A stretch of 64,000 nucleotides of DNA from Eledone cirrhosa (GCA_964016885.1 OZ024741.1:99696001-99760000); one strand, 5' to 3'; shown: positions 13,791 to 27,341, counted from the stretch's first letter. Program-made: numbers and translations. Notes: a model not told the origin generated them from the sequence alone.

Positions 13791-14163
13791 CTCTTGTATT
13801 TTACACTAGCGTCGTTCATATTTTTACACTACTAATAATCATAACATTACCTTCTATGTATTACCGATGTTGTAAAATATGAGCAGCCATTGGTACAATT
13901 TTGTTGTTGTGCTTATTCATGTATTGATCAGAAACCTGTAGGGAAGCAGGAAACTCAGCACAAAAGAACAATTGGAAGATCGAAGTTCGATGTAAAATAC
14001 TAGAGTGCTTCACACATAAAAAATGGAAAGAAAATATGTATATATAATTGAAAAAATATAAATAAAAGAAAATGAAAAATCAGGGGAAGGAAAGAGGAAA
14101 TCGGAAGCTGACAAGAAAGCATTAGAAAATAAAGAAAACAAAATATGTTGTACTGTATTTTAG

Positions 14164-14216
<53 letters not shown>

Positions 14217-14241
14217 CTTCCAATCTCTCTCTCTTTCTCTT

Positions 14242-14390
<149 letters not shown>

Positions 14391-16587
14391 GTGATCGACA
14401 TATTTCGGGTCGATTCTATAGAAAAGAAAACCATAATGAACACAAACCTGAAGTAAAAACCAGCAATGAATAGACCTGTATTATACTGCACTCTTTATGT
14501 GTTATTGTTCACTGTTATGTTTCAGTTATGGACGATTTTATGAAATGCCTCTAAATTAGGATCTATTGAGGCCCGCCTTCACAAACTACTCAATAAATCG
14601 ATAGATTTGTTTCACTGATTTTGGTGACAAGTATACTATAAAAAGTAAATGTGCGTTGTTTAAAGGGAAACGAGGAAAATATGAATGCTTGGGGTAATAA
14701 ATAGAGTAGATGTAATGAAGGAAAAGATGAGAGTAGCAGGAAGTGCGAGCAAGAAGAAGAAGAAGAAGAAGAAGAAGAAGAAGAAGAAGAAGAAGAAGAA
14801 GAAGAAGAAGAAGAAGAAATAATAATAATAATAATAATTATGCATCTCTTAAAATATAAAATAGTTATAACTATGGTCTATCTATAAGGCCAGTAGCAAC
14901 TACTGCAGCAAGTTTCGGGTCATGAAGGTGTTAAGATCATTCCTAAACTAGGTTAACGTAGCTAGATATGTATTTATGGCTGAAGAGATCTAAATTAGCA
15001 ACATTGATATGCAACAGGTAACATTCAAAGGATAAAACATTTTACGAGATTAATATTTGGTTCATTTCCCCTATTAAAATATACGGATGTGACTATACTA
15101 ATGATTATTATAATTTATAGATATTAACGTTTGTAGATATTGACGTTCATGGGTCGAAGAATATTTCGGCAGAAATACTTCGAGCAAATGCATATGTGCA
15201 AAGACACATATTCTTATTATAACCAATTAATCAAAATAGGATTTGATAAAAAAATATTAGTCGAATAAAAATTTGAATATTCGTCTAATTTCTAATCATT
15301 TTGAAAGAAATAGTTCAAAACAACATTTTTATAATGGAATTAACTTCAATTATATTTCATTCTGATAAGATCATGAGAGTTAACTAAAGAAGGTTCGTTT
15401 GCTAGTGAATATGTACATAGTGCCTGCATTGATATAATTAAAAGAAAAAACAAAACAAATGTTTGTAATAAGTAAATATGTAGGCAAGGGTGAAAATCAC
15501 ATTTGTGATTTAGCTGAATATTGTAATTGGAAATTGCGACAAATGTGACTGATCATCGATTGGTCAGAAAGAAATGTGTTATATGTAGCAGCTAACAATC
15601 CGTGATGAGCCAATGTAAAGTTTATCATAATGTATTTTACTAATTTTCAAGTCATGAACAAAATGGGTTCTCTATTCTGGGAATTGAATTTCACACGAAA
15701 AGAAAAAATAAATTAAATTAGCGAAATCAGGTCGATATACAGATGTACTGATTTAATATTGAAGTTTTCTATCGGTATCCTAGATGCTCATCAAAATAAT
15801 ACAGAATGAATTAAGTAAGATGTGTTATCATATATAACAGTTTTTTACAACAAAAGCAAAGATACAGATTAAAAAATAACTATATATTATCTGAAGTTAA
15901 AAGATGAACTACACAAAATAAATGAGAGGTCAATAACGAATGTTATAATAAACAACCTGACTCTCAGGTCGAAAAAGCAACTCAAGTTAAAATATACATA
16001 AATATTGCCAACTCAAGTTGGTTTTCTCGATGATACCATTGTAGATTTCACTCTGAATGCATTTGCTAGCACATCCAATAGAAATATTTGTCAGGAAATA
16101 CATTTCAATTTATCCTACTTGCAGTATTCAAAGACAGTTTATTTGCTACAGGGAAGACATGTGATTAATAGGAGGTTTATATGATTCAGGGAAGGTTTAT
16201 TTTCACCTAAGGTAGACAGGAATTCCTGATTCCTGCTGATAGCTTCGAGTCTTAGTTAATGCAAATGAATTAAGGAAACAAGGGAGCAAGAAAGATTAGT
16301 CTTTGGAAAAATGTAAGGTGTTGCAGTTGGAGAGGACCCTGGTGTAGACAATTAGATCTCTTCAGCGAAGCATATTCACTTTGTAAAGTAGCTGAAAATG
16401 ATATAGGAAATGGGAAATAAATACATAGTTAATTATGTAAGTAAAAAAAGAATGAGGTTAAATGACCTAAAATCAGAGCTTTGCATAATATGTATATATA
16501 CAAATGGCGTATCGCAGTCTGAATATGCTGGGTGTGGAATAATTCGCCTCAACTAACACTGTATTCGTACTTTCGAGATCGAAATCT

Positions 16588-16675
<88 letters not shown>

Positions 16676-17367
16676 TGCCTATGTGTGTAGAAGCAGTTAT
16701 CAATTCAGTAATCTTTAAAGGTAATATTCAGCCGAAACTGCAGAGTGCAGTTCAAAAATAAACACTATTTAGTTACAGATCTTTACATACTGGGGTAAGA
16801 AAAAAACTTTGCTTTTCTTCCCTAGTTGTTCTGTTGGATGCAATAAGTAGTTGACTTCATATATCTAACAGTCAAATTATCACAGAATGTGGAAATCTAT
16901 TCAGGATGAGTTTAAATTGCAGTGATTTGATTTAGGGTTATGCACGAAAGTAGACTAAAGAAAATCGAAACAGTTTTGTTTTGTAATATATATAGATGAA
17001 ACAATTTAGATATTTGTTATTTTTGTATACGTTCATTTAAATGAATTGATTCGTAAGGCCAATCCATTTATTGCCTCCTTAATTTACTTCACATCATATA
17101 ATCTTTATATTTAATTTACGTCAAAAATTTGACACGAATTCGTGAATTTAAGTTGAATGCTTACGGAACTTCTTCACGAAAATAACAGTAATATACTTAT
17201 ATATATATATATATATATATATGCATTTAGGTTTGTTGGTTCACCACTGCATAGAACTGGTCATTCCGTATAATCAACCTTCATGTAATATTTGGTAGAG
17301 CACTCGACGTAATGCAACTCACCCGTTTTCGTTTGTGTTGTTGGTGGTGCGAATACGGAGTTAATAA

Positions 17368-17688
17368 TTATAAAATAACAGGAGGCTGGACTGGTGTAAT
17401 TCCTTAAAGGTTTATTATACTATGAACATTTCAATGACCGGGTTCAGTATGAATCCGGTGACATCATCAGGTATTTGAAATTTAACAAAGGAATATAATA
17501 GACACAATCCATGGGGCTGAAAAGGCATAGAGGAAAGAAGGCGACCAAACATTTAGCAGTTTCTATTCCTTTGTTAAATTTCGAATACTTGATGATGTCA
17601 CCGGATTCATACTGAAACGGTCATTGAAATGTTCAGAGTATAATAAACTTTTAAGGAATTACACCAGTCTAGCTTCCTGTTATTTTAT

Positions 17689-17690
<2 letters not shown>
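17368..17690 (+). mobile_element. Short PLE-type element: inverted plus sense pseudo-LTR, each with a degenerate hammerhead
   Basis: 17368-17495 is inverted to 17564-17690; atac-(C/T)TGATGA-t...t-GAAA-cggtcat/atgttca-..-gtat at 17585-17641, followed by AATAAA. Confidence 0.7.
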
Positions 17691-17746
<56 letters not shown>

Positions 17747-17791
17747 GTGACGAAACATAATTCAATTGCATGAACTCATAATCTTTTATTT

Positions 17792-17847
17792 ACTGCTATA
17801 TATATTTCGATGATAGCCATTGAATGGCTATGACCTCATCAGGCAGT
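17792..17847 (-). ncRNA. Minimal type I hammerhead in a ~165-bp insert between (TA)n tracts
   Basis: actgc-CTGATGA-ggtcatagcca ttcaa tggctatcatc-GAAA-tatata-TA-gcagt, then AATAAA; palindromic stem III. Confidence 0.85.
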
Positions 17848-17906
17848 TAGTCAGTTCTTAGATATGCCAGCTCTGTGTTTATGGTGTTGATGGTATCAGA
17901 GCCTTG

Positions 17907-17954
<48 letters not shown>

Positions 17955-18019
17955 GACGTAAAATAAGAAAATATTTTTTTAAAAAAATTTAAAAAAAATT
18001 TTTACTTACTTAAATTTTC

Positions 18020-18101
18020 ACTCCAACTAATTAGTTTCTGCAATGGAATAAAGACAGTTACGTAATCCAACTGTCGAGAATTCATTGCGTCATCAGGGAG
18101 T
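18020..18101 (-). ncRNA. Hammerhead ribozyme (inverted array segment)
   Basis: Reverse complement of 18894-18975. Confidence 0.78.
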
Positions 18102-18893
18102 CTATTCTCAGTTAAGTCTCCAGGCAATGCGCGGACACTGGCGGCTCATATAAAAATAATAATAATTCGGTAGATCGAACAGCTTGCGAGGACTGGATTC
18201 TATGTACCGAAATTCTCACTGCTTCAAGTCAAATGGCCGATTCTAAAGAATCAATCACGTGACACAGAGGCTAGTTAGAAGGAATGAGATGGTAAGATGA
18301 CTGACGCCTACTAACACCCCAAAAAAAATTTTTCTAGAAGTGGTTTTGACAAGTTTGCTCTCGACAGTTGGATTACGTAACTGTCTTTATTCCATTGCAG
18401 AAACTAATTAGTTGGAGTGAAAATTTAAGTAAGTAAAAAATTTTTTTTTAATTTTTTTAAAAAAATATTTTCTTATTTTACGTCCTTTATATTATTGTTC
18501 TGCATTCTCCTGCATTGAACCACCTAGGTACTATGACATAACCTGTGTATTTGCTGGCATGGGCGTGCATCTGTGCGCTTATGTTAGTTGATATATTAAA
18601 TTATCTATATTTATCTCCAAATCACTGATTTGTCGAGCAAACTTGTCAAAACCACTTCTAGAAAAATTTTTTTTGGGTTGTTAGTAGGCGTCAGTCATCT
18701 TACCATCTCATTCCTTCTAACTAGCCTCTGTGTCACGTGATTGATTCTTTAGAATCGGCCATTTGACTTGAAGCAGTGAGAATTTCGGTACATAGAATCC
18801 AGTCCTCGCAAGCTGTTCGATCTACCGAATTATTATTATTTTTATATGAGCCGCCAGTGTCCGCGCATTGCCTGGAGACTTAACTGAGAATAG

Positions 18894-18975
18894 ACTCCCT
18901 GATGACGCAATGAATTCTCGACAGTTGGATTACGTAACTGTCTTTATTCCATTGCAGAAACTAATTAGTTGGAGT
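18894..18975 (+). ncRNA. Type I hammerhead, palindromic stem III, C.A at base of stem II
   Basis: actcc-CTGATGA-c-gcaatg..gacagtt/aactgtc..cattgc-a-GAAA-ctaattag-TT-ggagt. Confidence 0.8.
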
Positions 18976-19450
18976 GAAAATTTAAGTAAGTAAAAAATTT
19001 TTTTTAAATTTTTTTAAAAAAATATTTTCTTATTTTACGTCCTTTATATTATTGTTCTGCATTCTCCTGCATTGAACCACCTAGGTACTATGACATAACC
19101 TGTGTATTTGCTGGCATGGGCGTGCATCTGTGCGCTTATGTTAGTTGATATATTAAATTATCTATATTTATCTCCAAATCACTGATTTGTCGAGCAAACT
19201 TGTCAAAACCACTTCTAGAAAAATTTTTTTTGGGGTGTTAGTAGGCGTCAGTCATCTTACCATCTCATTCCTTCTAACTAGCCTCTGTGTCACGTGATTG
19301 ATTCTTTAGAATCGGCCATTTGACTTGAAGCAGTGAGAATTTCGGTACATAGAATCCAGTCCTCGCAAGCTGTTCGATCTACCGAATTATTATTATTTTT
19401 ATATGAGCCGCCAGTGTCCGCGCATTGCCTGGAGACTTAACTGAGAATAG

Positions 19451-19532
19451 ACTCCCTGATGACGCAATGAATTCTCGACAGTTGGATTACGTAACTGTCT
19501 TTATTCCATTGCAGAAACTAATTAGTTGGAGT
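19451..19532 (+). ncRNA. Hammerhead ribozyme (array copy 2)
   Basis: Identical motif, +557 bp. Confidence 0.8.
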
Positions 19533-20007
19533 GAAAATTTAAGTAAGTAAAAAAATTTTTTTAAATTTTTTTAAAAAAATATTTTCTTATTTTACGTCCT
19601 TTATATTATTGTTCTGCATTCTCCTGCATTGAACCACCTAGGTACTATGACATAACCTGTGTATTTGCTGGCATGGGCGTGCATCTGTGCGCTTATGTTA
19701 GTTGATATATTAAATTATCTATATTTATCTCCAAATCACTGATTTGTCGAGCAAACTTGTCAAAACCACTTCTAGAAAAATTTTTTTTGGGGTGTTAGTA
19801 GGCGTCAGTCATCTTACCATCTCATTCCTTCTAACTAGCCTCTGTGTCACGTGATTGATTCTTTAGAATCGGCCATTTGACTTGAAGCAGTGAGAATTTC
19901 GGTACATAGAATCCAGTCCTCGCAAGCTGTTCGATCTACCGAATTATTATTATTTTTATATGAGCCGCCAGTGTCCGCGCATTGCCTGGAGACTTAACTG
20001 AGAATAG

Positions 20008-20089
20008 ACTCCCTGATGACGCAATGAATTCTCGACAGTTGGATTACGTAACTGTCTTTATTCCATTGCAGAAACTAATTAGTTGGAGT
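20008..20089 (+). ncRNA. Hammerhead ribozyme (array copy 3)
   Basis: Identical motif. Confidence 0.8.
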
Positions 20090-20564
20090 GAAAATTTAAG
20101 TAAGTAAAAAATTTTTTTTAAATTTTTTTAAAAAAATATTTTCTTATTTTACGTCCTTTATATTATTGTTCTGCATTCTCCTGCATTGAACCACCTAGGT
20201 ACTATGACATAACCTGTGTATTTGCTGGCATGGGCGTGCATCTGTGCGCTTATGTTAGTTGATATATTAAATTATCTATATTTATCTCCAAATCACTGAT
20301 TTGTCGAGCAAACTTGTCAAAACCACTTCTAGAAACATTTTTTTTGGGGTGTTAGTAGGCGTCAGTCATCTTACCATCTCATTCCTTCTAACTAGCCTCT
20401 GTGTCACGTGATTGATTCTTTAGAATCGGCCATTTGACTTGAAGCAGTGAGAATTTCGGTACATAGAATCCAGTCCTCGCAAGCTGTTCGATCTACCGAA
20501 TTATTATTATTTTTATATGAGCCGCCAGTGTCCGCGCATTGCCTGGAGACTTAACTGAGAATAG

Positions 20565-20646
20565 ACTCCCTGATGACGCAATGAATTCTCGACAGTTGGA
20601 TTACGTAACTGTCTTTATTCCATTGCAGAAACTAATTAGTTGGAGT
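20565..20646 (+). ncRNA. Hammerhead ribozyme (array copy 4)
   Basis: Identical motif. Confidence 0.8.
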
Positions 20647-21123
20647 GAAAATTTAAGTAAGTAAAAAAAATTTTTTTTAAATTTTTTAAAAAAAATATTT
20701 TCTTATTTTACGTCCTTTATATTATTGTTCTGCATTCTCCTGCATTGAACCACCTAGGTACTATGACATAACCTGTGTATTTGCTGGCATGGGCGTGCAT
20801 CTGTGCGCTTATTTTAGTTGATATATTAAATTATCTATATTTATCTCCAAATCACTGATTTGTCGAGCAAACTTGTCAAAACCACTTCTAGAAAAATTTT
20901 TTTTGGGGTGTTAGTAGGCGTCAGTCATCTTACCATCTCATTCCTTCTAACTAGCCTCTGTGTCACGTGATTGATTCTTTAGAATCGGCCATTTGACTTG
21001 AAGCAGTGAGAATTTCGGTACATAGAATCCAGTCCTCGCAAGCTGTTCGATCTACCGAATTATTATTATTTTTATATGAGCCGCCAGTGTCCGCGCATTG
21101 CCTGGAGACTTAACTGAGAATAG

Positions 21124-21205
21124 ACTCCCTGATGACGCAATGAATTCTCGACAGTTGGATTACGTAACTGTCTTTATTCCATTGCAGAAACTAATTAGTT
21201 GGAGT
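21124..21205 (+). ncRNA. Hammerhead ribozyme (array copy 5)
   Basis: Identical motif. Confidence 0.8.
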
Positions 21206-21390
21206 GAAAATTTAAGTAAGTAAAAAAATTTTTTTAAATTTTTTTAAAAAAATATTTTCTTATTTTACGTCCTTTATATTATTGTTCTGCATTCTCCTGC
21301 ATTGAACCACCTAGGTACTATGACATAACCTGTGTATTTGCTGGCATGGGCGTGCATCTGTGCGCTTATGTTAGTTGATATATTAAATTA

Positions 21391-21450
<60 letters not shown>

Positions 21451-24063
21451 GTAGAGGATTTTCCGACCTTACCACGCCTTATCCAGACTTTTCCGCTAAG
21501 CTCAAGTTCGTTCACCCGCACCATGCGAAAAGACAACATCGACCTCTCCACCAAGAACATCCCAGTCCCACCGAGAAAACTCTACCTTCGGATGCTCAAG
21601 TAAAAATCGACCTCTTTGCGAAAAGACTAAGATGGAGAACTTTTTTCTACGACAGATATTGTTACAATCAGAACTTCGATACCAAAGAGAGATTCGGATT
21701 TAATACCTACACATCGAGAATGACATTTTCCAACTGGTCAAGAGCATTAAATTCAAACCCAGACACAACAGGTTCCTACAAAAACTCCGCAGCAATTTAA
21801 CAGAGTATGAAAACACCAACGACATCATGGTGCACTCGGATAAAACTGGTAACCTCTACTTCGTCAACCCCGACAGATACCACACACTGATCAGGAGTAG
21901 CCTAAACGCCACCTATAAAAAAGCATCGAGGACATAAATCGAGATGGACAACAAATTACCTCCAGCCTCGGGGTCGCCGACCGCACTGAACCCCTAGACC
22001 CACGGACCCCCTACTTCACACTGAAGGACCACAAATCTGACTTCGACCGTAAACCATCTATCACTCTTATAATCCCAACGAAGTCCGACATAGGGAGAAT
22101 CAGTAAAAAAAATCCTAGACCGCGTTATACCAAAAGTTAAGCAAAACGCCAGACTTAGCCTATGGGTCAACACCCAGGAAGTAATCTCATGGTTCAGCAA
22201 TATGGAGGACAAACGAGAGACAAAATTCATCTAGTTCGAAATAGAGAGTTACTATACTTCAATTACCTTACCGCTCCTTACGGCCGCCTTGGACTTTGCC
22301 GAGACACTCGCGACCATCACCGACCAGGAAAGAAATATCATCCTCCACGCCAGGAAGACAGTCCTACTTTTCGACAACTCCAAATAGATAAAGAGAGCTC
22401 CCGACTCCCTGTTCGACATCTGTATGGGCGCGACTGATTCGGCTGAGGTCACAGATCTAATAGGATTATTCCTACTATTGAAACTCACCGATATGTTTCC
22501 TACATTCGGCGGTGGATTGTACCGTGATGATGGGCTCCTTACCCTCAAAGGGTACAACACCAGTAGTACAGTCCGGGTCCGTAAACAATTAATCAGCTTC
22601 TTCCGCGACTGGGAATTTAAAATAACTCTACAAAAAGTCCCTAACTCGAGTAAACTTCCTGGACGTTACCCTTAACCTCGATAACGATCTGTACTACCCA
22701 TACAGGAAACCAAACGACAACCTGCACTACATCCACCGCCGGTCGAAACATAATCAATAACCTGGTTAAAAACATCTCCCTCCGCATATCTCGTTTGTCC
22801 GCTAATGAGCAGGTATTCGAGGAACATGCACCTTATTACAACCAGGGCCTCAAGCGGAGTGGCTTCCGGGAGGAAATATCCTATAACCCAGCTTCCATTA
22901 GCGGAACCAGCAGGCGACACCGCCGCTCACGCAACGTAACGTGGTTCAATCCTCCCCACAATGCCGAGGTGACAACACCTATCGGGAAAATCTTCTTTAG
23001 GCTTATGGAAAAACACTTCCCACTACAACACCGCTACCACAACATAATCAACAAAAACACATTCAAACTCTCTTACAGCCCCACACATAACTTTGCACAA
23101 AACAGCGTCTCCTCTAACAACAAAAAACTCAACCCTTATGGAAGAAATAACCTAGACAGCAGTGAAGAGCCGACCAGGAGGTGTAACTCTCCTGGTGGAT
23201 CCCTTTGCCCCCTCGACAATAGATGCAGAGATCGTAATGTGATCCACCAGTGCAACATAAGGATGGACACCTCCAACAAAGCTTATATAAGATTAACCGC
23301 TTGTGACTTCAAGACTCGGATCTACCAACACAGACATACTTTCCGAAACCCGGCCCGGCGTCACGCCACTACACTTTCGGGCCACATTTGGGACCTCAAA
23401 GATAATAATATAACCTACAATCTTACTTGGAGCTTACTGTCCAGAGCCAACACTTACACGAGAGGACGCCGTGCGTGTAACTTATGCCCGGAGGAAACAT
23501 TACAAATGTTGTTTTCGGCGGACCAACTCCTAAACAAGAAAGAGGAACTGGTAACTGCATGCAAACACAGATTGCGTAGGAGTTACCTCGCCCTCAAACC
23601 CCATAATAACCGGAGGCGGGGGGGGGGGGGGTAGACAAGGGCTGAAGCACCCCACTTGCCGACTTTGTAAGGGGTAACCCCTGCTTACAAAGGTAGACGT
23701 ACCTTTTTTATATATTCTATTTTTATACATTTTTTATCGTTTCCTCTATATTTCCTTCTTCCCCCCATCCCTTCCTAGTCCTTCGACCCCAGATCTCCTT
23801 CTTTGTCGTCGTTTTTTTCACCTTCTCGCCCACCCCGATACAGCCCTTCGGTCCTCTGTAGCCTCAGTACCCCTTACCTTATTTTATGATAGAATTGGCC
23901 GATTCCGCTTTTTATAGCAGATGTGCTAGACCCCAGATACTTGCTCTCTTCTCTGGTTGCTGCCCCTTTTCCGCGATTTCTAGATTTCTTAGTGGTATTT
24001 CTGATTTAGTTTCTTGTATATTAGTATTTATTTTTGGTGGGATTCTGAATTAATATTTCGTAT
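21451..24063 (+). mobile_element. Near full-length Penelope-like element, Naiad-like
   Basis: Begins right after (TA)n; frameshifted ORF runs from the N-terminus to the endonuclease; 3' boundary approximate. Confidence 0.85.
21523..23634 (+). pseudogene. Frameshifted PLE polyprotein (RT + GIY-YIG endonuclease)
   Basis: STKNIPVP..RLRWR, TLKDHK, PTKSDIG, MGATDSAEVTDLIG, GGLYRDDGL, WFNPP, CPLDNRC, VIHQC..KAYIRLT, CNLCPEE, LLNKKEELVTACKH. Confidence 0.9.
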
Positions 24064-24265
24064 TAGTTAATAAATTAAATAATCAGAGCTATATATCATA
24101 AAACATGTCTATGGATTTTTTTATATGGTTAATTATGCTAATTGGGAGAGGGGATGTTATATATTTTATCTGGTGATTCTATAGACATGTTTTATGATAT
24201 ATAGCTCTGATTATTTAATTTATTAACTATTCATTGAGCCACAAAGTGACCCGTTGCAAAACACG
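24064..24265 (+). mobile_element. Short fold-back copy of the 24338-24880 family
   Basis: 49-bp inverted repeat at about 24064-24112 and 24181-24229; 24116-24201 matches about 24798-24882. Confidence 0.7.
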
Positions 24266-24337
<72 letters not shown>

Positions 24338-24339
<2 letters not shown>

Positions 24340-24880
24340 TGTAAATCTTTATATGTAATAATCTCCCGTTAGGTTGAGATACAAATTTGGCTGTATTGTG
24401 CTTCGCTTTCTAGCAAAAAGCCACCAGCCGTAAGCAACTAACCTGACCGCTGCAACGTCACGATTCTTGGCCATTTTTTAATGTATTCTTGGCGCGATCA
24501 CTTTGGAAAATTTATTGTCTAGATTTGAGCAAACTCCTGAAGAGTCTGGTGCTCAAGGTTCTGAAGTTATCGGAAATCTTAAAATGCGGACGAAACCATG
24601 GTCGAGGTAAATAAATGTATTCTCTTTTCTTCTAGTTTATTTTACACCTAATTCTGTTTAATTGACTGTATATCTAGGCGATTACGCTGTCGAAATATTC
24701 GATAAATATTCTGTTGCAGCCGGCGCAAAGGGCTGGTTTCAGTTATTTGTTGGAGATTTCTTAATAGAAGCCTTATTTTTATAGCCTGGTCTATTCGATT
24801 TTTTATATGATTAATTATGCTAATTGGGAGAGGAAATAGTATATATTTTATCTGGTGATTCTATAGACATGTTTTATGAT
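24338..24880 (+). mobile_element. ~540-bp non-coding HHR-bearing element between (TA)n tracts
   Basis: Contains the canonical HHR at 24534 followed by AATAAA; shares its 3' end with the 24064-24265 copy. Confidence 0.75.
24534..24606 (+). ncRNA. Minimal type I hammerhead ribozyme (canonical core)
   Basis: ctc-CTGAAGA-gtctg...cggac-GAAA-ccatgg-TC-gag; palindromic stem III, GUC triplet. Confidence 0.85.
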
Positions 24881-24911
24881 ATATATATAAATATATATAT
24901 ATATATACAGA

Positions 24912-25005
<94 letters not shown>

Positions 25006-25230
25006 AGATGTATGCACGTGTGAATTAGAATACAATGGTAACTGAAAATCTTTAGAAAGAGAATTCGAATATTTCACCGCATATTGACAGTAGAAAATAA
25101 TCTAACATTTGGGCAGATGAGCCTCTTTGAAAATGGGCTTTGATATCTCTATCTCTCTCTTTCTTTCTTTCTCTCTCTCTCACACACACACACGCCCATA
25201 CACACGCACACACACACAGTTACACGCACG

Positions 25231-25295
<65 letters not shown>

Positions 25296-26993
25296 TGTGT
25301 GTCTCTCTGTTAATGTATATGTATTCATACAAGTATACATGAATGAGGAATAGATATAGATAGTTAGATGGATAGACAGAGATGGTTTGATAAATACGCA
25401 ATATTAAGTAAACTCTTAATACATACATTTGTTATTCAAATTGACTTTTCACCAAAATGCAAAATGATAACGGGAAATGTTTCACCTTAATGGATGGAGA
25501 GGTTGCATGAGGTTCTCTGTCAGCACGAATGAAAGACTATGAATAATAATACGGTTGCATTGGGAATATTGATTTAGTTGAGCTTCATGCTACCATTTAG
25601 TTGTTACGGTAACTGTTACAGATCAACAAATATGTGTGAATACGCTGAAGTGTCGGTTTTTCATAATTGTCAACGTATTTTGATCCCATTTACGTTTTCA
25701 AGCTTTCTATTTTTTTGGTTTATTGGTGTAATGGACCTAAAGCTAATTCTAAATACCAACATATGCTGTGTTGCATGGATTTGAAAGGTCATATGACTAA
25801 TTAAATTGTGCTGTAATATTTTCTTGAAACATGATGATGAAAGCATGAAGTTTACTTACGATAATCACACCCGAAAAAAAGATAATTTATTTAAGTGAAA
25901 TTGAAAACCACCATCATATCAAGCTCTTCGGTGGAATTGAAGATGTAGCATAAGGTACTTTACTTTGATATACCTATGGAAAATCAGTTTAAAACATCAA
26001 ATGTTGAGTTATAGCGTTGAAATACCATCAAAGTTCCGTATGACTTCTCACAGTTATAATTACGATTTTTACAATTTTCTAAAGCTTATTTGATATAACA
26101 GGGTTGTTTGGGTTACAGAAAATATAGGATGCTACTCTATATACCAAAGAGTTAGTTGCTGTTATTTTTGTTGTTAACTCTTACTTTAACTCCGATGGAA
26201 CACATACATGATCTAAGTTCGATTACCTTTTACGACTTACATAATCATGATTTGTGGTTGGGCTAGACTTGCAATCTCTAACCATATTTGGTTTCAGTCT
26301 CCTCCTTCTTTCTCTCTTTTGAAGTTTATTTACTTTAGCCGCCAACTTGCCCCACGAAGAGAAGTGAAGTTAATAGTCACAGCATTTTCCAGATGAAACA
26401 AATAAAAAAAGGAATAAGCATGATATTGAATCACGGAAATATTTTTGAATACGCACTTATAATACTGCTCACTGTATACAGTTGAGCCAAAGTCTATATC
26501 CGCCAAACCTAGAACATTATTTTAACATTCAACTAGATCTTTCACACTGAGCTAGTATTTGTAGATCAGAAGAAAACAAGCAAACACCATTCTATGAGAA
26601 ATATATTAGCTAATACTCTAAAACATCCTTACAATGTATTTAAAATATAAGCAAACAAAATATTTAAAGCTGGAATGCTTTTCGATCATAGACCTAAACT
26701 TCTCAGAACTGAAAGGGAGATAAGGAATAATAAAAACTGCAGAGTAAATATATCATAATATTTCTTCTATTGTATGCCGAACAGGTATTCAATATAGTCG
26801 AAAGGGAAATGGAAAAGTTCTCTATATTGTATCAATCGAAGATGACGTATTAGCGTTAACTTGGTTCGTTTCCTTAAAGCTGCCCCCATTTCCTTGTATT
26901 TAGTAATGTATGTCACAATATTTAGCCTTAATAAAATCCTTATTAAAACTCTTTCCTCTCAGCCATGAACCACATATATATACATATATATAT

Positions 26994-27248
26994 AACGAAG
27001 GAGGTGTGGTAAGGAACCAGATGAACCATAACGCAACAGAGTACTCAATACTTAGGGTAGTAATGTGGGTAATAAGAAAATGTTTAACCCCGACGGCAGA
27101 GCTCAAGCCGTTTCGACGGCAATTTCTGAACTAAATTAGAATATTTAGCGTGGTAAATAAATATTTATTTACCACGCTAAAAATTTTAATTTAGTCCAGA
27201 AATAGCCGTCGAAACGGCTTCAGCTCTGCCGTCGGGGTTAAACATTAT

Positions 27249-27250
<2 letters not shown>
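26994..27250. mobile_element. Fold-back PLE-type pseudo-LTR fragment
   Basis: Palindrome with ~85-bp arms (about 27074-27250) centred on ggtaaataaatatttatttacc; same family as 43379-43575; (TA)n flanks. Confidence 0.75.

Positions 27251-27341
<91 letters not shown>

Larger units (their letters stand above)
17949..21397 (+). mobile_element. Retrozyme-like tandem array: ~5.5 x 557-bp monomers preceded by a ~410-bp inverted partial monomer
   Basis: CTGATGA recurs at 18899, 19456, 20013, 20570 and 21129; monomers almost identical; 17949-18360 is inverted; no long ORF; (TA)n on both sides. Confidence 0.92.

Noticed and set aside
18359-21397. CRISPR array or plain satellite interpretation of the tandem arrays
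   Set aside because: Eukaryotic context and no repeat-spacer alternation; the per-unit hammerhead and 5' inversion fit a retrozyme-like origin better.
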